A stretch of 39,429 nt of DNA from an uncultured bacterium (GCA_964634335.1 CAZWJY010000001.1:1-39429), one strand, 5' to 3'. Shown: positions 25,866 to 34,588, numbered from the stretch's first letter. The notes: generated by a model not told the origin, from the letters alone. Translations and numbers: made by a program.

Positions 25866-26696
25866 TCACCTCCTTTTTAGAGAAAGGATAGCCTCTTTTA
25901 AAATCCCTGCTACTACTCCCCCATAGGCTGTTTGAGGAAATACTAAGGGGTTATACTCTACTATATCAAGCCCTATAACTTTTAAAAACGAAAGACCTCT
26001 CAGTGATTCTCTCAGTTCCTCATAAGATATCCCTCCAGGCTGGGGTGTAGCTACTGCTGGCATCAGACTCAAGTCAAGCACATCCAAATCTATGGAGAGA
26101 TACACCCACCTATCTCCAATCTCTCTCTTCACCTCTTCCATATACTCTAATACCCTAAATTTATAAAGATGAGCCACAAAGTCAAGCTCTTCTTTGCTGA
26201 TGGAACGGATACCGAGTTGAAAGATATTCTCTTTCCCTATAATCTCTGAGACCCTCCTCATCACTGTAGCATGACAATATCTCTCTTTCAGATACTCGTC
26301 CCTCATATCCGTGTGGGCATCCAATTGGATAACAGCCAGGCTGGGGTATATCCTTTTTGCAGCCTCTATTATAGGTAGAGTAATAGTATGTTCACCCCCT
26401 AAGAAGATGGGGATTTTCCTATCCTTAAAGATTCTTAGAGCCTCTTCCTCCACTCTTTTTAAGGGACTTGTGGGAGACTCGAAGGAGAACTCTATATCTC
26501 CTAAATCACATACCTTTACTAACCCAAGGTCTCTATCCTGATAAAGGCTATAGGACTCTATATTCTCTGAGGCTCTCCTTATATATTCTGGACCAAATCT
26601 TGCTCCGGGTAGGAAGGAGCTGGTCCTATCGAGAGGGCATCCCAGGACTACAACCTCTGCATCTTTATAGGATGTGTTAGCATACCAGAGTCTCAT
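25866..26696 (-). CDS. speB: agmatinase (arginase/ureohydrolase family)
   Basis: The Mn-binding motifs 'GGEHTIT', 'QLDAHTDMRD' and 'SIDLDVLD' are present. Length is 276 aa. Confidence 0.85.
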   Translation of the reverse strand: MRLWYANTSYKDAEVVVLGCPLDRTSSFLPGARFGPEYIRRASENIESYSLYQDRDLGLVKVCDLGDIEFSFESPTSPLKRVEEEALRIFKDRKIPIFLGGEHTITLPIIEAAKRIYPSLAVIQLDAHTDMRDEYLKERYCHATVMRRVSEIIGKENIFQLGIRSISKEELDFVAHLYKFRVLEYMEEVKREIGDRWVYLSIDLDVLDLSLMPAVATPQPGGISYEELRESLRGLSFLKVIGLDIVEYNPLVFPQTAYGGVVAGILKEAILSLKRR

Positions 26697-26705
26697 AATA
26701 CAGCC

Positions 26706-26733
26706 AAGATAAGGAATTTTAAATCTCTGTCAA
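26706..26733 (-). promoter_or_regulatory. sigma70-like promoter TTGACA-N16-TATCTT, 9 nt before ATG 26696
   Basis: On the minus strand, TTGACA is at 26733-26728 and TATCTT at 26711-26706. No SD lies in the 9 nt before the start. Confidence 0.45.
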
Positions 26734-26736
26734 GGT

Positions 26737-27384
26737 CTAACGAATAACCCCCAGCCAGTCCCTTAATAGGAACTGAAGTCTACCAATGAGCAAGGAGATT
26801 CTTGCCATAAAGGTATATCCAAATGAAGCACCAAAACCGACCATTATAAAAATTATCCCCAGCCTTGCGGCAGGTCTTAAAGCACCCTTCCGTTCCACAG
26901 AGAAGAAGAAATATGCAAGGGTAGACAGGACACCTATAAGGAGTATAATAGACCAGAGGATTCCCAAGTTGCCCGCATACCAGGAGGCGAAGTTCGCTTT
27001 GGTAAGGATGGTAGCCTGAATCTGACGGAGGAAGTTGGTCTCTATGGTCGCAGGTATAGATACCCCCATAGAATAACCCATAACCACTGCAATGGGCAAT
27101 CTGACCATCCAGGAGAGCCTCCTTATAAATCTCGTAAAGTATAAAACCCCCAAAATTGTTGGTATCATAAGCCACCAGTTTAAAGAGGGATTGGCTCTCA
27201 ATGGGTCCACAAGCTTTGGTTTTAAAAGAAGATGCCAGGTCATGGCTATACTATATCCATTTGCTACACCAACAAAGAGATGCTCGGCAAATCTGTATAA
27301 GGGATTGTCCTTATATAAGAAGGAGAAGATACATAAGGTAAGAAAGGCAGCTACCCACACCCAGATATTTGTAGAGAGACTCAC
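26737..27384 (-). CDS. polytopic membrane protein D of the uncharacterised cassette
   Basis: The 215-aa protein has ~6 hydrophobic helices. Its GTG start forms a GTGA overlap with gene C. The C-terminal 'PAARLGIIFIMVGFGASFGYTF' resembles 'TAAKRGIIFGVGLGMVATSLKI' of gene B. Confidence 0.6.
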   Translation of the reverse strand: MSLSTNIWVWVAAFLTLCIFSFLYKDNPLYRFAEHLFVGVANGYSIAMTWHLLLKPKLVDPLRANPSLNWWLMIPTILGVLYFTRFIRRLSWMVRLPIAVVMGYSMGVSIPATIETNFLRQIQATILTKANFASWYAGNLGILWSIILLIGVLSTLAYFFFSVERKGALRPAARLGIIFIMVGFGASFGYTFMARISLLIGRLQFLLRDWLGVIR

Positions 27385-28247
27385 TTCCTCCTCCTTATAA
27401 TAAAGTAGCTGATATTTCCAATAATGATAAAGATAATTATGAGAAAATGGGCAAAGGTCTGGGCACTCATCGCCTGGGTAGCTGGTCGGTATCTCTTCAC
27501 TCCACAGTGTTCTGCCACAAGTTCCTCGTATTCTGCTGCCCCCTTCATACCAGCGAGTAGACCACTAAACTGCCCTGACTGGAGATAAGGATAGAAGTCT
27601 GCAACAGATACCGCAGTAATCCCCGCCCCTACTCTCAATCCATACCTGTTCTGGGAATAGGCAAGATAGGAGAAAGGGGTACTACTCCCTGAAAGGGAGA
27701 CAAGGATAGCTACATCACGGAACTTCTTTATATGTCTCATAAGCTCTAAGGTATCTGTCTTATTGTGATAATAATCAGTGGGATATACCCCTGCTATACT
27801 CTCTCCCATACCCAATAGCCATGCTAAGGGAGGCCATGTCCAGCCTAAGAAGACATAATCCCTCCCATATATGACGCTATCCTCTCTGGTTTCTGCATTC
27901 TGGTTAATCTCCCTTGATGCATCTTTAATGGCATTCTCAGCAAGACCTATCCCTGTTATTGTCCAGGCAAGGACGCATACCCTTATATGCCTTTTGAAGG
28001 CATGCCTTAGTAGAGCCTTTGCCATAGGGTGGAGTTCTGGTGCAGTGTTGGGGTCATAGTCCACGGATATCATAAGGGCTTTGGAATAGGGAGGAATGGA
28101 GTCTATCACCCGAAATAGTTTCTCTGCCGGAGGGGAGGGATGGATGGGTATGATTATATGAACAATAAGGGGGATGGTTACCACTACCCCGAGTATGAGA
28201 TAGATTATTCTCCTATCTATCCTGCCCAGCCTCTCCCATATACTCAT
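27381..28247 (-). CDS. bitopic membrane protein C of the uncharacterised cassette
   Basis: N-terminal and C-terminal TM helices bracket a ~230-aa soluble domain. I chose the start at ATG 28247, which gives an ATGA overlap with gene B and has GGAGGTGGAGG upstream. The ORF track starts 6 codons earlier. Confidence 0.6.
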   Translation of the reverse strand: MSIWERLGRIDRRIIYLILGVVVTIPLIVHIIIPIHPSPPAEKLFRVIDSIPPYSKALMISVDYDPNTAPELHPMAKALLRHAFKRHIRVCVLAWTITGIGLAENAIKDASREINQNAETREDSVIYGRDYVFLGWTWPPLAWLLGMGESIAGVYPTDYYHNKTDTLELMRHIKKFRDVAILVSLSGSSTPFSYLAYSQNRYGLRVGAGITAVSVADFYPYLQSGQFSGLLAGMKGAAEYEELVAEHCGVKRYRPATQAMSAQTFAHFLIIIFIIIGNISYFIIRRRK

Positions 28248-28903
28248 CCTCCACCTCCAAGCCATCCCCTCTCAATCCCCAGAATTATCTTTAAGGATGT
28301 AGCTACCATCCCCAGACCCACCCCAAATATTATACCCCTCTTTGCTGCTGTATTGGGAATATTAAGTATCCATTCAGCAAAGGCAGGGAGTTTTGGGGTA
28401 ATGTAGTAACCCGTAGGAACCACTGCAAGCATTACAATAAAGGCAGCCCCTAAGAGAAGCGCAGCCTCTAAGTTCCTTGCCCTGAAGGCTCTATATGCAG
28501 CAGAGGTCATAAAAAAGGCTAAGAGGGCGAACATCGTCCCACCAAGAGGAATCACCACATTCATATAGATGGTCTGTATATCAAAATGGAAAGTCCCTAC
28601 GCTTGTAGGGATTACCCCTCCCCCTTTTACTCCCCCCAAGAGACCAATAATGGCTGTTATTATGAGACTGACAAAGAAGACATAACTGTAAGGCCAGTAC
28701 TCCTTTCTTCTTTTTATCTTTTCTAAATGGTGGTTTATAATACTACCCAGACCCAAGACAAGGGCAAAGGCAGTAATGACAGGGAGGACCCGGGTCACAA
28801 AGGCATTATCTACATTCTGCACAGCACGGTGGGGAACAAAGAAGGGAACCATAGCAATCCAGCCAAGGATGAAGACGATGGTTAAGGGTATTCTCCTCTT
28901 CAT
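28244..28903 (-). CDS. polytopic membrane protein B of the uncharacterised cassette
   Basis: The 219-aa protein has ~6 hydrophobic helices and a Gly-rich C-terminus. It has an ATGA overlap with gene A. Confidence 0.6.
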   Translation of the reverse strand: MKRRIPLTIVFILGWIAMVPFFVPHRAVQNVDNAFVTRVLPVITAFALVLGLGSIINHHLEKIKRRKEYWPYSYVFFVSLIITAIIGLLGGVKGGGVIPTSVGTFHFDIQTIYMNVVIPLGGTMFALLAFFMTSAAYRAFRARNLEAALLLGAAFIVMLAVVPTGYYITPKLPAFAEWILNIPNTAAKRGIIFGVGLGMVATSLKIILGIERGWLGGGG

Positions 28904-29985
28904 TCAAATAGACTAAGGACAGGAAACTTTGTGAGTAGCCCCACAATGCTTCCCAAAAGTATCAATCCTGTAATGATGAGCTTCCCCATATCCTGTCCCC
29001 TTAGAGTCCCTAAGAGGACAGGCTCCCTTGATATATAGGCAGAGGCTGCATAGAGTTCTTCACCTATAAGGGTATAGTCGCAGGCAGTTATGAAGAATGG
29101 GAGCTGAGCAGTAGAGTCCGTGCCTGCTATCTGTATAGCCCCTGTCGATGCCCCTGTCTCAGCAAGGATTAGAGATTCTGCCCAGAACATCCCTAATAGA
29201 AAAATCGTAGCTGGATTTTCTCTTACCATTATTCCATCAACAGCAGCAGCATAAGCAAACTGACTGGTAGTAACAAAGAATACACTATCAGGATTGAAAG
29301 CATCCGGTCTACCTACTGAACTATAGGACTCCTTTACTATCTCCCTTGCTACAGTATAGACGATAGGGTCTCTATTAGGAACCATTAAGGGAGTATCATA
29401 CTGGGCTGCCTTCTTTGCCACCTCTCCCAAAATGTTCAAAGAGGCAATGGTAGCGACATCCCTCATATCAGATGTCCCAGGAATGTAGAGGATAGGCTTG
29501 CCCATCTCTGTAGCTCTCCCTATCGCCTCCTCTACTGCATCAAGACCCGCTATCCTTCGTATAAAGAATCTCTTCCCCCCTTTAGCAGATTGGATAAAAC
29601 CCACAAAGAGGAGGATAATCACTATGGTTCCTACAAGGACATTCACCCTTTCTGTGTGAAACCACTGGGGAGAAGAGGTAACCACATTTGAGACCTCTGA
29701 AGCTACCCTCTCCCCTTCCCTCTTTGCTACTACCCGATAGTAGTATCTCACACCATCCTTTGCCCTATCATCCTTAAATACCCTTCTCCCCCTTCCTACA
29801 AACCCAACCTTTTTAAACTCTCCCTTTTCTTCTCTTCTTTCAATATCATAGCCCTCAAGGAGAGTATCGTCCTTAGAAAGTCTCCACTGGATAGTTATAC
29901 TTCCACCCTTATCATTCGGGGTATCTTTGGCAATTACACCTGTAGGAGGTGAAATCTGGGAGAGGAGGAAGAAGAAGAGGGTCAT
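28900..29985 (-). CDS. membrane protein A of the uncharacterised cassette (FN3-like ectodomain + TM + soluble domain + TM)
   Basis: An N-terminal hydrophobic segment is followed by a ~90-aa beta-sandwich-like region ('GGSITIQWRLS...GYDIERRE...GVRYYYRVVA'). Then come a TM ('VLVGTIVIILLFVGFI'), a ~200-aa domain and a C-terminal TM. It has an ATGA overlap with the MazG-like gene. Confidence 0.6.
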   Translation of the reverse strand: MTLFFFLLSQISPPTGVIAKDTPNDKGGSITIQWRLSKDDTLLEGYDIERREEKGEFKKVGFVGRGRRVFKDDRAKDGVRYYYRVVAKREGERVASEVSNVVTSSPQWFHTERVNVLVGTIVIILLFVGFIQSAKGGKRFFIRRIAGLDAVEEAIGRATEMGKPILYIPGTSDMRDVATIASLNILGEVAKKAAQYDTPLMVPNRDPIVYTVAREIVKESYSSVGRPDAFNPDSVFFVTTSQFAYAAAVDGIMVRENPATIFLLGMFWAESLILAETGASTGAIQIAGTDSTAQLPFFITACDYTLIGEELYAASAYISREPVLLGTLRGQDMGKLIITGLILLGSIVGLLTKFPVLSLFE

Positions 29986-30278
29986 TCTAAGAAACCCTCC
30001 TCACATCTACAAGGGGACTTCCCACACCTCGGGCATCCATAGGAGTATTTCTCAACAGCGTCCTCCAAGTCTATCTGATAGAGGTTGGCTAAAGAAGTAA
30101 GCCAGGCAAAGACATCACCAAACTCTCTCCTCTGATCCTCTTTATCTCCTCTCCTCAATGCCCTTGCCAACTCCCCCACCTCTTCTGTGAACCAGATAAA
30201 AGTCTTCTCTTTCCCCCTTCTCTTATCCCTCTCATAATAGGTCTGATATATCCTCTTCTGGAATTCTCTCAATTCCAT
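29982..30278 (-). CDS. MazG-like nucleoside triphosphate pyrophosphohydrolase with C-terminal Cys4 knuckle
   Basis: 'MELREFQKRIYQTY', 'FTEEVGELARAL' and 'EFGDVFAWL' fit the all-alpha NTP-PPase E-x2-E / E-x2-D pattern. The C-terminus carries 'CPRCGKSPCRC'. I chose the start at ATG 30278; the ORF-track TTG start (30311) is the -35 hexamer. Confidence 0.7.
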   Translation of the reverse strand: MELREFQKRIYQTYYERDKRRGKEKTFIWFTEEVGELARALRRGDKEDQRREFGDVFAWLTSLANLYQIDLEDAVEKYSYGCPRCGKSPCRCEEGFLE

Positions 30279-30283
30279 TTCTG

Positions 30284-30311
30284 ATTTTAACCAGAAATGG
30301 TGGATTGTCAA
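30284..30311 (-). promoter_or_regulatory. sigma70-like promoter TTGACA-N16-TAAAAT, 5 nt before ATG 30278
   Basis: On the minus strand, TTGACA is at 30311-30306 and TAAAAT at 30289-30284. Only 'CAGAA' separates the -10 box from the ATG. Confidence 0.55.
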
Positions 30312-30420
30312 GAGGCAGTAGAGAGCAATCTAAAACCTTCACCATATTGTGCCCTGCATCGCACTTAGGGCTAATTGGTGTAGTCAAAATATTATCCCTG
30401 TTTTTCCATGGTCTTAAAGA

Positions 30421-31041
30421 CTATCCGAGAATGATTCCTAACCTCTCGCAGGTATCTATTATCTCTCTGCTCTTCTCCAAGGTGATAAATGCTTTCTCTA
30501 TCTTCTTTATCCCTCTCTCCTTTTTAAAAAGCTCTGCCTTATCATTAAATCTCTCTACATCCTCCTTTTCAGCATAAGATTTAATCTCAAAGATAAGGGG
30601 GATAGTATCAGAGGCATAGAGGTCTATCTCATACTCCCTCCCCTTATCATCCATTATCTTCTTTCTCAAGACTACCTTCTGAGGCTTAATATCTGGGCGG
30701 CGGATGGCAATCCTTAAGGTTCCTGCAATAGCCTCCTCAAGACCCTTGCCAGCCCTCCTCTGAAACCCTCCCACTACTATACCTACCCAGTGCTGGAGGT
30801 CCTCAAATCTACGGTTAGTATCTTCTCTAAAAGCCCTCATCTCCCTGATCATTTCATTAAACCTTTTATTCATCTCTTCAAACCTCTTGTCGCTCCTCTC
30901 CATATACTCCTTAAGCTCTCCCCTTGTGACATACTCCTTAGAGAGAATCTGATAGAGCTCTACTTTTATCTCCGGGTGCTCCTTAAGTATATGGGGCAGG
31001 GCTTTAATCACCTTTTCAGGTGTTAAATCTGTAGTTCTCAT
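30421..31041 (-). CDS. PD-(D/E)xK nuclease-fold protein with N-terminal coiled coil (DUF3782-like)
   Basis: An N-terminal helical repeat 'DKRFEEMNKRFNEMIREMRAFREDTNRRFEDL' is followed by a C-terminal 'EYEIDLYAS...PLIFEIKS', which fits a D...E-x-K nuclease core. The family assignment is from memory. Confidence 0.5.
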   Translation of the reverse strand: MRTTDLTPEKVIKALPHILKEHPEIKVELYQILSKEYVTRGELKEYMERSDKRFEEMNKRFNEMIREMRAFREDTNRRFEDLQHWVGIVVGGFQRRAGKGLEEAIAGTLRIAIRRPDIKPQKVVLRKKIMDDKGREYEIDLYASDTIPLIFEIKSYAEKEDVERFNDKAELFKKERGIKKIEKAFITLEKSREIIDTCERLGIILG

Positions 31042-31106
31042 AATGAAATGAGAATAGCCATAAAGCAGAAAGTCAAGTGGGCTCTTTCCCCTCTCTATCC
31101 AAATTG

Positions 31107-32435
31107 TTAAAAGATTTTAAGGGCTAAGGAGGCAAGCCCTAATAGGACAAAGAACCCTATGCAGTCAGTAAAGGTAGTGAGGATTACCCCTGATGCCAAA
31201 GATGGGTCGAGCCCCAACCTCTTTAAAAGAAATGGTATAGCTACACCCATACCACAGGCAATACCCATATTGATTATAAGGGAGACAAAGACTAAGGGGG
31301 CAAGGATTAAGGGGGCATGGAAAACCCATGCTATAAATCCTGTAAGGGCTCCTACTGCAGTCCCTGTCAACAATCCTACCCTCAACTCCTTAAAGAGGAC
31401 CCTCTTTGCATCGGATAATTCAACCTCTCCAAGAGCTATACTCCTGATAATAAGGGTAAGGGTTTGAATACCTGCATTCCCTCCCATCCCGGCAACAATA
31501 GGCATCACAACAGCTAAGGTGACCATAGCCCTGATAGTATTCTGGAAGACCCCTACAACCGCAGCAGCAAGAAAGGCGGTGATTAGGTTTATATAGAGCC
31601 AGGGCAACCTTCTCATAGCAGATTTTGCAGGAGGAGCAAAAGCGCTCTCAATCTCTCCCATACCCCCAAACCTCAAAATATCCTCTGTGTTCTCTTCCTC
31701 TATTACATCCATTATATCATCATAGGTTATCACCCCTTTGAGAATACCCAGGTCATCAACCACAGGGACTAAACTCAACTCATACTTCATTGCTATCCTT
31801 GCCACATCCTCCTGGTCATCCATAGTATAGACCTTTGCTTTAAGAGGTCTTAAGATAGATTTTATGAGCTTTCTGGGAGAAGAGAAGACAAGGTCTCTTA
31901 GATGCACCCAACCCAATAGTCTCTTATTCTTATCGGTCACAAAGAATATAGCCCTTTTTGGTATATCTTCTCTCATCCTCTTTATCTTTCTCAATGAAGA
32001 AGCCACTGTATCTGTGGTATAAAGGGATAAGAAATCCAAACTCATCCTACCCCCAGCAGTATTCTCAGGATATTTTAAAAGTTCTGCAACTTCCTTAGAT
32101 GTCTGTTTTGGGATAGCCCTGAGAACCTCCCTCCTCCTTCGAGGGGTCATCGTTGCGACTATATCGGTTGCTTCATCCGAGTCCATCTCTGAGACCAGCT
32201 TTGTCAATTCAGGGCGGTCCAATTTGGCTAAGATTACTTTAAGGGAGAACTCATCCAGTTCTAAGAGTGTATCAGCAGCTACATCCAGATCAAGGTTTTC
32301 AAAGATGAGCAGTTTATGGACAGGGTCAAGCCTCTCTATTATCCTGGCAATATCTCTGTAATGGAGGGTCTTCAACAATCTCTTTATCCCTCCAAAATCT
32401 CCCTTCTCTAATAATTCCCTTATCTTTGAAATCAT
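31107..32435 (-). CDS. mgtE: magnesium transporter MgtE
   Basis: It has an N-terminal MgtE-N helical domain, a CBS pair and a C-terminal 5-TM domain ('AGMGGNAGIQT', 'TFTDCIGFF'). Length is 442 aa. Confidence 0.9.
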   Translation of the reverse strand: MISKIRELLEKGDFGGIKRLLKTLHYRDIARIIERLDPVHKLLIFENLDLDVAADTLLELDEFSLKVILAKLDRPELTKLVSEMDSDEATDIVATMTPRRRREVLRAIPKQTSKEVAELLKYPENTAGGRMSLDFLSLYTTDTVASSLRKIKRMREDIPKRAIFFVTDKNKRLLGWVHLRDLVFSSPRKLIKSILRPLKAKVYTMDDQEDVARIAMKYELSLVPVVDDLGILKGVITYDDIMDVIEEENTEDILRFGGMGEIESAFAPPAKSAMRRLPWLYINLITAFLAAAVVGVFQNTIRAMVTLAVVMPIVAGMGGNAGIQTLTLIIRSIALGEVELSDAKRVLFKELRVGLLTGTAVGALTGFIAWVFHAPLILAPLVFVSLIINMGIACGMGVAIPFLLKRLGLDPSLASGVILTTFTDCIGFFVLLGLASLALKIF

Positions 32436-33353
32436 CTATTCCTCAGACCTGATCTCTCCGATAAGTTCTTCCAGAAGGTCCTCAAGGGTGATAAGTCCCA
32501 CAGTCCTGCCCCTCTTGTCCTTTACCAGAGCCATCCCAACCCCTCTATTCTTCATCAACTTCAATACCCTCATTGGAGACTCATTAAGTTCAATAAAGAA
32601 AGGGATTCTGGGGATAGGATGTTCATCCAGGAGGAAATCCTTTATATGAGCTATTCCGATAATATTCTCCTTCTGCCCATCGTATATAGGATATCGGGAA
32701 TAGCCATATTTTTCTACAGCATCCTTTATACAGGAGTAGAGGTTCTCTCTGGGTATAGCCACAACCTGAGACAAAGGGACCATAATCTCTCTTATAGAGG
32801 TTTTTGAAAAGGAGAAGAGATTTGCTACAATCCCTCCTAATCTCCTTGGTAATCTCTCCCTTTTTGTGGCTTCTCTTATAGCAGCTATGAAGTCGCTCCT
32901 ACTGAAAGGGGGACGAGGTTTGGAGACCAGAAAATTCAACCTCCCAAATAGGGGATGGAGAGGGGATAGAAGAGTGTAAAAGATAGGTCCTATCTTAAGC
33001 ATTATGGATTCTGATGCCACTACAGAGTAGGATTTAGGAATAAACTCCCCTAATATAAGAGAGAGGGAGAGATTAATTATAATAGCCAGAGTGGCTCCTC
33101 CCGGACCTAATCTATCTACAAAGAATTTAGTAAAAAGCATAGAGGAGAGGACTACCATTATGTTAATTCCTATAAGGAGAAAGACTAACCCCTCCTCTTT
33201 TCTCTTCAATAGGTCTAAACCCCTTTGAACCTTTCCCTTCCCTTCCTTAAGCCAGTGGATAAGCCTTATAGGATTGGCACTTATAAGGGCAGTCTCAGTA
33301 GCTGAGAATAACCCTTGGATAAGGATGCATAGCACTCCAAAGAAGAGACTCAT
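32436..33353 (-). CDS. CNNM/DUF21 + CBS-pair membrane protein (short form, no CorC_HlyC domain)
   Basis: The DUF21 N-terminus ('FSATETALISANPIRL') is followed by a CBS pair ('IGIAHIKD', 'VGLITLEDLLEELIGEI'). The protein ends right after the CBS pair. Confidence 0.75.
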   Translation of the reverse strand: MSLFFGVLCILIQGLFSATETALISANPIRLIHWLKEGKGKVQRGLDLLKRKEEGLVFLLIGINIMVVLSSMLFTKFFVDRLGPGGATLAIIINLSLSLILGEFIPKSYSVVASESIMLKIGPIFYTLLSPLHPLFGRLNFLVSKPRPPFSRSDFIAAIREATKRERLPRRLGGIVANLFSFSKTSIREIMVPLSQVVAIPRENLYSCIKDAVEKYGYSRYPIYDGQKENIIGIAHIKDFLLDEHPIPRIPFFIELNESPMRVLKLMKNRGVGMALVKDKRGRTVGLITLEDLLEELIGEIRSEE

Positions 33354-34588
33354 CTCTTTATCTTTTTAATCAGCACTTTCTCAATCCTATGCCCTCTCAT
33401 CTCTTTTATCTCCAAAAATATGTCCTTATACTGGAACCCCTCACCCGGAGAAGGCAGCCTTCCCATTCTATGCTGGATAAATTCAGAGAGCCTGTTAAAT
33501 TCTACCCCTTTAAAAGAACCTTTAAAGAGCCTATCTAAGGTAAAGAGGTCAATCTCTCCATCCACAATATAGGTCTCCCTGTTCACTCTATGGTAGGGCA
33601 ACTCCTCTCCTGTATCATACTCATCCCTTATCTCTCCAAATATCTTCTCAAGGATATCCTCTAAGGTGACCAGCCCTGCTGTCTGTCCAAACTCGTCCAC
33701 TACTATAGCAATATGTAAGCCCCTACGCCTCAACTCTTCAAAAAGGGTTGCTAAGGGCTTAGATTCCACAACAAAGTATGCCTCCCTTATAAAGGGTTCT
33801 ATCCTCTCCTCCGCAGACTTTCCCAAGAGGTCTTTTGTATAAAGAATCCCTATAATATTATCCACCGTTTCTTCATAAACAGGTATTCTCGACCTCTTAG
33901 ATTTCTTAGCCAACCGAAGGGCATCCTTCACCCTTTTACTCTTTTCTAAGCATACCATCTCAATCCTTGGGGTCATCACCTCTGCCACGGTAGCCTGATT
34001 TAGGTCCAGAAGGCTATAGATAATCTCTTCCTCCTCATTCAAAAGGACTCCTGACTCTCTTCCCAGTTCTAACATCGTCTTAAGCTCCTCTTGAGTAGGA
34101 AATGGGACACGGGTTACAGACCTTCTTATAACTCTCCCTATCCCAGATAAGAGGGCAGTGATAGGATATATCACTGAAGCCCATACCCTGAGAATTCTGG
34201 AAACCCTTAAGGAGAAATGCTCTGCTCTATGAAGGGCATAGACCTTCGGAGATATCTCGCCAAAGAAGAGGAGAAGGAGAACCATTACCACAGTACCGAT
34301 GGGCAAAAGGTTCTCTTCTGGAATTCCAAGTCTTAAAGAGAGGGTAATAACAAAGAGAGTAAATATTGAGGAAGCGGCTATATTGACAAGAAGGTTAGAG
34401 AAGAGGATGGTGGAGAGGAGTCTCTCAGGAGTTCTCCTCAATCTCTCTATATCCCTCCCCTTCCCTTCTGCTTTTAATCTGGAGATCCCTATCCTTGATA
34501 AGGAGAAGAGGGCAGTTTCAGAGGCAGAGAAGAATCCAGAGAATATAAGAAGTATGCCAACAGATATTAAATAGAGAATCTCTCTCAT
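33350..34588 (-). CDS. CNNM/CorC-type hemolysin-family protein (DUF21 + CBS pair + CorC_HlyC)
   Basis: It has 'FFSASETALFSLSR', a CBS pair ('AGLVTLEDILEKIFGEIRDEYD') and a C-terminal transporter-associated domain. Length is 412 aa. Confidence 0.85.
   Translation of the reverse strand: MREILYLISVGILLIFSGFFSASETALFSLSRIGISRLKAEGKGRDIERLRRTPERLLSTILFSNLLVNIAASSIFTLFVITLSLRLGIPEENLLPIGTVVMVLLLLFFGEISPKVYALHRAEHFSLRVSRILRVWASVIYPITALLSGIGRVIRRSVTRVPFPTQEELKTMLELGRESGVLLNEEEEIIYSLLDLNQATVAEVMTPRIEMVCLEKSKRVKDALRLAKKSKRSRIPVYEETVDNIIGILYTKDLLGKSAEERIEPFIREAYFVVESKPLATLFEELRRRGLHIAIVVDEFGQTAGLVTLEDILEKIFGEIRDEYDTGEELPYHRVNRETYIVDGEIDLFTLDRLFKGSFKGVEFNRLSEFIQHRMGRLPSPGEGFQYKDIFLEIKEMRGHRIEKVLIKKIKR

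Noticed and set aside
26780-27175. A 131-aa minus-strand ORF in an alternative frame inside membrane gene D.
   Set aside because: It is fully nested in the 26737-27384 frame. That frame has coherent TM-helix periodicity and a coupled GTGA start. The alternative frame is Cys/Gly/Tyr-rich with no start signals.
30279-30311. An 11-codon N-terminal extension of the MazG-like ORF (TTG start at 30311).
   Set aside because: That TTG is the first half of the TTGACA -35 hexamer. ATG 30278 gives the family-typical 'M-x-L-x-E-F-Q' N-terminus and lies 5 nt after TAAAAT.
31042-32440. A possible Mg2+ (M-box) riboswitch or leader upstream of mgtE.
   Set aside because: The mgtE ATG abuts the stop of the preceding gene, so there is no untranslated leader. 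The 65-nt region downstream of mgtE holds only the next gene's promoter.
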